A stretch of DNA of 64,000 nucleotides from assembly GCA_035400625.1 (NCBI GenBank), contig DAOMZT010000001.1, positions 306,644 through 370,643 of the forward strand, read 5' to 3'. Each line of letters opens with the position of its first letter. The stretch's first letter is position 1. Position numbers and translations under genes: made by a program. The notes beneath the pieces were generated by a model. That model saw only the letters and a list, made by a program, of their open reading frames with translations. It was not told where the DNA came from and ran no database searches. The DNA is from an archaeon (GTDB taxonomy: Archaea > Iainarchaeota > Iainarchaeia > Iainarchaeales > CSSED10-239). This document shows, in pieces, positions 56,029 through 62,614 of the stretch.

Positions 56029-57585
56029 ATGTCAGATTTTGTAGAACACAGATTTGTTAAGAAAGAAACAATTCAAAAAAGACTTTATCAAGAGCTTTTA
56101 ACAGCACAAGCAATTAAGCAAAGCACTCTTGTTGTTGCCCCAACTGGTTTAGGTAAAACAATCATTGCTGTTCTGTTGATTGCTTATACCTACAACCCAA
56201 AGAAATCAGTAATTCTCTTATCACCTACTAAGCCATTAATATCTCAACATAAAAAAAGCATTATAAAATTCTTGGAGATTCCAGAAGATAAAATTATTCT
56301 TTTGACTGGCGAAACTTCCCAAGAGAAAAGAAAAGATTTCTATGATGGACAAGGCCTAATTATTTGTGCAACACCCCAAACTATACAACATGACTTGGAA
56401 AAAAAACTTCTTGACCCCAAAAACTTTAATCTTATTATATTTGATGAGGCACATAGAGCAGTTGGCAATTACTCATATACTTTTATTTCTCAGTATTTTT
56501 CAGATGATGTTAAAAGATTAGGATTAACTGCCTCTCCTGGGGCTAGCAAAGCAAAGATTCAAGAGGTTGCAGACAACCTTGGCATTTCACATATAGAGAT
56601 AAGAACAGAGCAAGACCTTGATGTTAAAGATTATGTTAACGATATTGAAGTTGATATAAAGTTTTTGGAGCTTGACCCTATCTCAAAAGAAATATCTAAA
56701 ACCATTGATTCTTATATTTTGCAAAAGATAAATCTTTTGCGTAAGCTTGGCTGTCCAATACCAACCAATTATTCCAAAAAACAAATAATTGCTATTCAAG
56801 CTGGTCTTTTTGAGAGAGTAAAGAAGGTAAAGAATAATACTGGTTTTATTGCAATTTCAACAATCGCCTCTGTTCTTAAGTTTCTTCATGCCAAAGAACT
56901 AATTGAAACTCAGGGTTTTTTTGCAACAGAAACTTATCTTTTAAAATTAAAAACAGATAATCTTGAAAAGAAATCAAAAGCACTATCTGCAATTATTAAT
57001 TCATCTGAGTTTTTAGAGGTACTTAAGCTTCTTGAAAAAGCAAAGACAAAGAGATGTGCTAAAGAAACGGCTCTTCTAGAAATGGTTTCAAGCTTTCTGA
57101 AGGAAAACCCAAACTCGCGAATTCTTGTTTTTAACAACTATAGGGATAATGCAAACCATCTTGTAGAGGTGCTTAATCAAACAAGTGGTATAAAAAGCTC
57201 ACGATTTGTTGGACAGGCAACCAAAAGCCTCTCCGATAAAGGATTATCTCAAAAAGATCAATCAAAAATCATTTCTGATTTTCGTGAAGGCATCTATAAT
57301 GTTTTGGTGTGTACTTCTGTTGGCGAAGAGGGTCTTGATATCCCATCAGTTGATTTAGTAGTATTTTACGACGCTGTTGCCTCTGAGATAAGAAATATCC
57401 AGAGGCGTGGAAGAACCGGCCGTTTTAATGTTGGCAAAGTTATATTGCTTCTTAACAAAGACACCATTGACGAAAAATATTATTTTGTTTCCCAAAACAA
57501 AGAAAAGAAAATGAAATCAATTCTTAAAAATTTCTATAAGCCAGAAAGGAAAAAAAGGGTGCAAAAAAAGCTAAGTGATTATTAA
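56029..57585 (+). CDS. hef: Hef/FANCM-type SF2 helicase (helicase half of Hef, separate ORF)
   Basis: APTGLGKT, FDEAHRAVGNY, LGLTASPG, an inserted helical domain, and QRRGRTGR. Length is 518 aa. Confidence 0.85.
   Translation: MSDFVEHRFVKKETIQKRLYQELLTAQAIKQSTLVVAPTGLGKTIIAVLLIAYTYNPKKSVILLSPTKPLISQHKKSIIKFLEIPEDKIILLTGETSQEKRKDFYDGQGLIICATPQTIQHDLEKKLLDPKNFNLIIFDEAHRAVGNYSYTFISQYFSDDVKRLGLTASPGASKAKIQEVADNLGISHIEIRTEQDLDVKDYVNDIEVDIKFLELDPISKEISKTIDSYILQKINLLRKLGCPIPTNYSKKQIIAIQAGLFERVKKVKNNTGFIAISTIASVLKFLHAKELIETQGFFATETYLLKLKTDNLEKKSKALSAIINSSEFLEVLKLLEKAKTKRCAKETALLEMVSSFLKENPNSRILVFNNYRDNANHLVEVLNQTSGIKSSRFVGQATKSLSDKGLSQKDQSKIISDFREGIYNVLVCTSVGEEGLDIPSVDLVVFYDAVASEIRNIQRRGRTGRFNVGKVILLLNKDTIDEKYYFVSQNKEKKMKSILKNFYKPERKKRVQKKLSDY
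57572..57585. repeat. 14-bp perfect direct repeat copy 1 (taagtgattattaa)
   Basis: Covers the last codons and TAA of the hef helicase ORF. It recurs exactly at 58198-58211. Confidence 0.9.
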
Positions 57586-57646
57586 ATCCATTTATAAGCT
57601 TAACTTATCTGGTATTATTTAACATAAGTTTAAATAAGGTGAGGAA

Positions 57647-57916
57647 ATGTTAGAAAAAACAGTAAATGTAAATCTCAAAATATCTGACTATTCTAATAGA
57701 GTGTTAGGAGTAGTAAAAGAGAAATATGGCTTTAAGGACAAATCTCAGGCTCTCGATAAAATAATGGATATGTATGGGGAAGAGTTTGTAGAAAAAGAGG
57801 TTAGAGAAGATGTTATTTTAGAAGTGATTGCAGAAGTTGAAAAAATGAAAATGCAAAAACAAAAGCCAATGTCTAAAAGTGAATTAAATAAGTTTTTTGA
57901 AAATGCTAAAAAGTAA
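57647..57916 (+). CDS. putative antitoxin (DUF2683-like small protein)
   Basis: VNLKISDYSNRVLGVVKEKYGFKDKSQALDKIM resembles archaeal antitoxin-like proteins. GGTGAGG lies upstream. Its stop lies 9 nt before the toxin ATG. Confidence 0.5.
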   Translation: MLEKTVNVNLKISDYSNRVLGVVKEKYGFKDKSQALDKIMDMYGEEFVEKEVREDVILEVIAEVEKMKMQKQKPMSKSELNKFFENAKK

Positions 57917-57925
57917 TGTGGTAAA

Positions 57926-58204
57926 ATGACATTTGCTTCTAATCTATCTAATGAATTAAAAGAAACAATTAAGAAATTGTATTCTAAAGACAAAAAACTT
58001 TTTTTAGAATTACAAAAAAAGATAAATCTAATTATCTCTTGTGATAAAGAAACTATCAATCATTATAAAAATTTAAGATACGGTCTTTCAGATTACAAAA
58101 GAGTGCATGTTGGAAAATCTATTGTTCTTTTATTTTCAGTAGATGTGCAGAATAATACAGTCTATTTTGTAAAATTTGATCATCACGATAAAATTTATAA
58201 GTGA
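57926..58204 (+). CDS. relE: RelE/ParE-family type II toxin
   Basis: 92 aa. YKNLRYGLSDYKRVHVGKSIVLLFSVDVQNNTVYFVKFDHHDKIY follows the RelE pattern (L.G....R.RVG.YR..Y.........I....HR..VY). Confidence 0.65.
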   Translation: MTFASNLSNELKETIKKLYSKDKKLFLELQKKINLIISCDKETINHYKNLRYGLSDYKRVHVGKSIVLLFSVDVQNNTVYFVKFDHHDKIYK

Positions 58205-58211
58205 TTATTAA
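58198..58211. repeat. 14-bp perfect direct repeat copy 2 (taagtgattattaa)
   Basis: Covers the last codon and TGA of the toxin, the spacer, and the first nt of the hef nuclease ATG. Confidence 0.9.
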
Positions 58212-58879
58212 TGACTCAAAAAATAAAAATTATTTGTGACACTCGTGAAAGAGTTAGTCAAATTTATCAAGAGCTAAAAGCTCTAACAAACGATTCCTTT
58301 GAAGTAGAGGTTGTTGTAGAACAGTTATCTCTTGGCGACTACCAGCTAAGCGATCAGGTCTTGATTGAAAGAAAAACAATAGCTGATCTTGAAAGTTCAA
58401 TTATTGATGGCAGGATTTTCTCACAGCTTGATAATCTTTCAAGCAAGGTAAATAAGCCAGGCCTAATTATTGAAGGGGTTATTAATTTTTCAGAAAGTAA
58501 CACTCGAATCAACAACAAGTCCTTGATTGGCCTTATCACTGCAATTGGTCTTAACTATCGTGTCCCGATCTTTTTTACAAGGAACCAAAAAGAAACCGCT
58601 CTTTTTCTTTATGTGATTGCAAAGCGTGAGCAGTTTGGTGTCAAGACAGAAATCAAACATCGCTTCAGCAAGAGCAGGATGTCCTTTTCTGATCAGCAAT
58701 TATTTATCTTGGAGTCTTTTCCAGATATTGGCCCAACACTTGCTAAAGCTCTTCTTAAAAAATTTAAAAATATCAGAAACATCGCCAATGCTACAGTTAA
58801 GGAGCTTCAAGAAGTGGAGCAGATGGGTCCAAAGAAAGCAGAAAAGATGCATTATCTTTTCTTAAGAGATTTTATTTAG
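58211..58879 (+). CDS. hef: ERCC4/XPF-type nuclease with C-terminal (HhH)2 (nuclease half of Hef)
   Basis: ICDTRE, the GDYQLSDQVLIERKTIADLESSIIDGR ERCC4 signature, and the C-terminal FPDIGPTLAKALL...MGPKKAEKM. Confidence 0.88.
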   Translation: MTQKIKIICDTRERVSQIYQELKALTNDSFEVEVVVEQLSLGDYQLSDQVLIERKTIADLESSIIDGRIFSQLDNLSSKVNKPGLIIEGVINFSESNTRINNKSLIGLITAIGLNYRVPIFFTRNQKETALFLYVIAKREQFGVKTEIKHRFSKSRMSFSDQQLFILESFPDIGPTLAKALLKKFKNIRNIANATVKELQEVEQMGPKKAEKMHYLFLRDFI

Positions 58880-58884
58880 TTTTT
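58852..58884. repeat. 33-bp direct repeat copy 1 (ttatcttttcttaagagattttatttagttttt)
   Basis: Covers the last 8 codons and TAG of the hef nuclease plus 5 nt. Copy 2 at 59530-59562 differs at one position. Confidence 0.9.
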
Positions 58885-58935
58885 GCTATACTTATTTAAA
58901 TAATTGCAATTATATGATTTTTGAGGTTTTCATAC

Positions 58936-59517
58936 ATGAATAAAATGAAATCAATAATGTTAATATCTTGTTTTATATTATTTATTATCGCTCCTGTTTA
59001 TGCATCAGCAATGCGTGGTGAAGCAATAAATAATCAAACTAAAGAGTGTGCCACTTATTTTCAAGGTGATGAATGCATGGACTGTGCGTTATCAGATCCC
59101 TGGATTGAACGAAAACACGGAGAACCTTGCCCAGAAGGATACAGAGAAATTAAAGATATGCAAGCACCTTCTATTTGTACGCCTATTCAAAATCAGTTTT
59201 GCTGTGAGGAATATCATTCTGGGGCAAGTGGCAATTGTACAAATCTTGTTATAAACAATATTACAAAAGAATGTGCATTTGTTTTGGACATTAATAGTTG
59301 TGAGAAATTGCCAAAAAATTGGTTGCCAGTAGCATCTACTGAATATAAAAATTGTCCAATAAGTTTAGAATATAAATGGTTAGATGATGTGTTAGTGTGT
59401 GATACCAAATCTACAAATTACAATAAATTCTATATGTTTGTTGTGATTGCAATTATAATAATCTTAATAATGGGAGTTTGTCTTAAAAAATATAAAAAGG
59501 TTTTATGTCGTCAATAA
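58936..59517 (+). CDS. Cys-rich secreted protein with a C-terminal TM anchor and basic tail
   Basis: Signal peptide MNKMKSIMLISCFILFIIAPVYA, about 14 Cys in the ectodomain, and the C-terminus FYMFVVIAIIIILIMGVCLKKYKK. ATG at 58936 is preferred over TTG at 58921. Confidence 0.6.
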   Translation: MNKMKSIMLISCFILFIIAPVYASAMRGEAINNQTKECATYFQGDECMDCALSDPWIERKHGEPCPEGYREIKDMQAPSICTPIQNQFCCEEYHSGASGNCTNLVINNITKECAFVLDINSCEKLPKNWLPVASTEYKNCPISLEYKWLDDVLVCDTKSTNYNKFYMFVVIAIIIILIMGVCLKKYKKVLCRQ

Positions 59518-59529
59518 GCAAATAAGATT

Positions 59530-59562
59530 TTATCTTTTCTTAAGAGATTTTACTTAGTTTTT
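59530..59562. repeat. 33-bp direct repeat copy 2
   Basis: ttatcttttcttaagagattttacttagttttt, ending 1 nt before the stop of the convergent ORF 59563..59916. Confidence 0.9.
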
Positions 59563-59916
59563 TTAAATGCAATTTTTAATCTTTAAAAAGGTTATTTCTG
59601 GCTTATATGTTTTTTTTTGTTTTCCTGTCCTTTGTAATGGTGTTCCTTTTATTTGAACTTTTCCTCTTGCTGCCATGATGTTATACTCTAAAATAAGATC
59701 TCTAAGATGTTTTTTTGCTTTGCTCATTTCTTTTGTAGTGATTTGATATTTGTTTTCTAATTTTTCTAGTTTTTTTACAAGTTCAAATTGTCTTTCAATG
59801 TTAAGTATTCTATCTATATTAGTTTGTTTTCTTATTAGCCTTTTGGTTACATCTTTTGTCTGTTTTCTTGCAATTCCGCTTTTACCAATTCTTCTTTTTA
59901 CATTATATTTAGGCAT
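59563..59916 (-). CDS. small basic hypothetical protein (MPKYNVKRRIGKSG...)
   Basis: 117 aa, K/R-rich with a coiled-coil-like centre. No recognisable family. Confidence 0.5.
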   Translation of the reverse strand: MPKYNVKRRIGKSGIARKQTKDVTKRLIRKQTNIDRILNIERQFELVKKLEKLENKYQITTKEMSKAKKHLRDLILEYNIMAARGKVQIKGTPLQRTGKQKKTYKPEITFLKIKNCI

Positions 59917-60019
59917 ATATTTCTTGTTAGTATGTTCTTTTTAAATAGTTTTCTATATCATTAATATATAAGACATATATTTATAATATATTTCTAATTA
60001 TTAAAAATGTGAATAAAAT

Positions 60020-60415
60020 ATGGTTGAATGGAAAAGAGTATCAAGAAGAAAAGCAACAGGCGGAGTAAATAATGCTGTTAATGCTAAAACAAAATCCTTA
60101 AGTGATAAGGGCGGTAAATTCTCAAAGACAACAATTGCAAAAGCAGATAAGAGATTCAAGACCAGAGCTGTTGGTGGCAATAAAAAAACAAAGATTTCTC
60201 ATGCTCAGTATGTCTTGGTTTCTGAAGGTAACAAGACAATAAAAGCAAAAGTTATAGATGTTACAGAGAATCCAGCAAACAAGCACTTTGTAAGACAAAA
60301 GATAATCACAAAAGGTGCAATCCTTAAAGTAGATGTAGATGGCAAAGATGCAAAAGTAAAAGTAACATCAAGACCTGGTCAATCAGGCCAAGTAACTGGT
60401 GTTTTTGTTAAATGA
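60020..60415 (+). CDS. rps8e: 30S ribosomal protein S8e
   Basis: SRRKATGG, RAVGGNKK, ENPANKHFVRQKIITKGA and VTSRPGQSGQV motifs. Confidence 0.9.
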   Translation: MVEWKRVSRRKATGGVNNAVNAKTKSLSDKGGKFSKTTIAKADKRFKTRAVGGNKKTKISHAQYVLVSEGNKTIKAKVIDVTENPANKHFVRQKIITKGAILKVDVDGKDAKVKVTSRPGQSGQVTGVFVK

Positions 60416-60966
60416 AATCCAATTCTTTTGTTAAGAGATTTAAAAAAGATTTAAAAAATAAGAATGAGCACAAAAAAGCTCTTCTTTTCTTGTTCTTGTT
60501 TATTTTTGTATTTTCGCTTTCTTATTTGTTGTTTGCCAAGTCTCCAATTTCGGGATATATAAATTATTTTTTTGGTTTTTCATCTAGTGTAGTATTGTCT
60601 GTTTTTGGCGTAAGCAATAATTTTGTTTTTGATTCATTGACAAAGACCTCCACAATTGTTGTGTCCAATCTTAAAGAACCAATAGTGATTTCTTTTCTTT
60701 GTTCAGGCATCCTAGAATTTTGCCTTTTAATTTCTGCTATTCTTTCTTCAGTAGGTGTTTCTCTAAATAAAAGGATAGTTGGCGCTCTTCTTGCAATTCC
60801 AATCATATTTTTCTTTAATCTCACAAGGATAGTTGTTACTTCTCTAATAATAATAAATAGCAATCTTTCTTTTGCAAATTTTGTACATGGTTTCCTTTTT
60901 AGGCTTTTCCTTATAATTATTGTTATTGGAACCTATTATGTTTGGTTTAGAACTAACACTGAGTGA
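60412..60966 (+). CDS. exosortase/archaeosortase-family membrane protein (short form)
   Basis: Polytopic protein with a conserved-looking Cys (SFLCSGILEF), Arg (FFNLTRIVV) and His (FANFVHGFLF) in the order expected for the sortase-like triad. ATGA overlap with rps8e. Confidence 0.55.
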   Translation: MKSNSFVKRFKKDLKNKNEHKKALLFLFLFIFVFSLSYLLFAKSPISGYINYFFGFSSSVVLSVFGVSNNFVFDSLTKTSTIVVSNLKEPIVISFLCSGILEFCLLISAILSSVGVSLNKRIVGALLAIPIIFFFNLTRIVVTSLIIINSNLSFANFVHGFLFRLFLIIIVIGTYYVWFRTNTE

Positions 60967-60972
60967 AGAGAA

Positions 60973-61587
60973 ATGCCAAAATCAAGAAGAATAAAAACAC
61001 ACACAAAAGGAAATCCAATAACTCCTTTGCCTGAAAAGAACCGCTATATCTTTACAGACCTAATCCCAAAATTAAAAGAATTACAAAGGTCAAAAAGCAA
61101 GATTGAAACCAAAGAAAAATATTTGAAATTAAATTCTGCAAAATCAGAAATTAAAGGTCATGCAAAAGAGATCTATAACAATCTAATGGCAAGGAAAACA
61201 TCTGATGGGAAATGTGTGCTTGATGGTCTAACTCCAAAAGTTAAGAAGCAAGTTTTTGAGTTTATAGAGTCTAAACTTTCTGCAACATATTTTGAAGGCA
61301 TAACAAATTATAAAAAAATGATTATTCAACAAGAAGCAAGTGGATTAATTTCTGCGATTAAAAATCATAAAGAAAAATCAATGGTAAAAAAAGAAATAAT
61401 TTCAAAAATCAAATACTATGAGGATCTAAAGAAAAAAGACAGAGACAAAATAAACGAAATAATAAACTATAACTTATCATTAATAACCAACAAACCTTAC
61501 TTGACTGCCAAACAATCAGCAGAACTTAATAGAACAATTTCTAAATATCTAGCAGAGATGGGTTTTCCAAGAATAATTTTTAAGTGA
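60973..61587 (+). CDS. hypothetical protein with a basic N-terminal tail (MPKSRRIKTHTKGNP)
   Basis: 204 aa, helical and K-rich. No recognisable family. Confidence 0.5.
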   Translation: MPKSRRIKTHTKGNPITPLPEKNRYIFTDLIPKLKELQRSKSKIETKEKYLKLNSAKSEIKGHAKEIYNNLMARKTSDGKCVLDGLTPKVKKQVFEFIESKLSATYFEGITNYKKMIIQQEASGLISAIKNHKEKSMVKKEIISKIKYYEDLKKKDRDKINEIINYNLSLITNKPYLTAKQSAELNRTISKYLAEMGFPRIIFK

Positions 61588-61593
61588 TACAAT

Positions 61594-62022
61594 ATGGGTA
61601 GCAGAAAAAATAATAGAAAAACAGTTATTAGAAAGAAGAAGCCACAAGAACAAATTACAGAAAAGCTCGAAAAGAAAAAATTAGATGTTCAAAAAATTCC
61701 TTTGCTTAAACAAAAAGATGTTTCTTTTATAACGGATTATATTCAGCAAGGCATAAACAGAAATTCTCGTGGGCTAAATATAGGCAAGATTGAAAAAAAA
61801 CACAAAATGAAAATATATTTGTTGTTTGAAGAATTAAGAACAGACCCCAGAAATCAAAGAGCTCTTGCAAGAACTAACAAGTTAGATTTAGAAATTGCAG
61901 ATGTGCTTATTGACTACATTAAAGCAAGGAACAAACCAATTAATGAAATATTAAATGAATTATCTAAAAAAGAAATTGACATAATAAATAAACTGATTTT
62001 TAAAAAATTGTTTTTTGACTAA
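61594..62022 (+). CDS. hypothetical protein with a basic N-terminal tail (MGSRKNNRKTVIRKKKP)
   Basis: 142 aa. No recognisable family. Confidence 0.5.
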   Translation: MGSRKNNRKTVIRKKKPQEQITEKLEKKKLDVQKIPLLKQKDVSFITDYIQQGINRNSRGLNIGKIEKKHKMKIYLLFEELRTDPRNQRALARTNKLDLEIADVLIDYIKARNKPINEILNELSKKEIDIINKLIFKKLFFD

Positions 62023-62023
62023 G

Positions 62024-62410
62024 CTATTTATTTTCTTTGATTAGTTTCTTTACTTGCTCAACTGTCGTGTATTCTAATGGATTAATATTGTCTACAATAT
62101 ATTTCATTTCCTTTAAGTCTTCAGCCTTAGCATATCTTCTAGAGATCATCTCAAGAGTTGATTCTATTGCCTTAATCTTTGTCTTAAGTTCTTTAATGTC
62201 TGCTTGTAGTTCCTTAAACTGTTCATTTGTAGCCGCATTTATTCCAGTATGGCCTCCGCCTTTGGCTGCTACTTTTTTATTTAAAACAAGTATGTTTCTA
62301 CTAAGTATCTTTTCATTATGCACAAGATATTTTATCTTCTCAGACAATACCAATATGCTTGATTGTAATGCCTTAATATCCTGAGAAGTCTTAGAGCTTT
62401 CTTCAACCAT
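62024..62410 (-). CDS. hypothetical coiled-coil protein
   Basis: 128 aa. Two heptad-rich helices are separated by a KGGGHTGINA loop. Confidence 0.5.
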   Translation of the reverse strand: MVEESSKTSQDIKALQSSILVLSEKIKYLVHNEKILSRNILVLNKKVAAKGGGHTGINAATNEQFKELQADIKELKTKIKAIESTLEMISRRYAKAEDLKEMKYIVDNINPLEYTTVEQVKKLIKENK

Positions 62411-62555
62411 GATAGTTACCTTAAAATTATAGCTTAAATATATTTATTAGATACTTGAAATATTTAAAAAGCAATGTTTTTCTTAATTCATAAGCTTTTT
62501 AAAACTTTTGCCTCAATAGATATTTATTAATTAGAAAGAGTTAATCCCCCAACCT

Positions 62556-62582
62556 GAAAAAAGGAACACCTTTCCTTTTTTC
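62556..62582. promoter_or_regulatory. perfect 11-bp-stem hairpin (gaaaaaaggaa-cacct-ttccttttttc) abutting the putative TATA of the surface-protein gene
   Basis: The inverted repeat was read directly. It ends 32 nt upstream of the ATG at 62615, and attataa follows immediately. Confidence 0.3.
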
Positions 62583-62614
62583 TATTATAATTTCTAAATT
62601 ATGGAGAAAATATT

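Larger units (their letters stand above)
57586..58211 (+). mobile_element. 626-bp inserted two-gene toxin-antitoxin cassette (one repeat copy plus 612 bp)
   Basis: Bounded by the 14-bp direct repeat. Removing it restores a TAATG stop/start overlap between the hef helicase and hef nuclease. Confidence 0.5.
58885..59562 (+). mobile_element. 678-bp single-gene insertion (Cys-rich membrane protein) including the second repeat copy
   Basis: Bounded by the 32/33-identical direct repeat. Copy 2 retains a pseudo 3' end of hef (..YLFLRDFT*). Confidence 0.5.
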
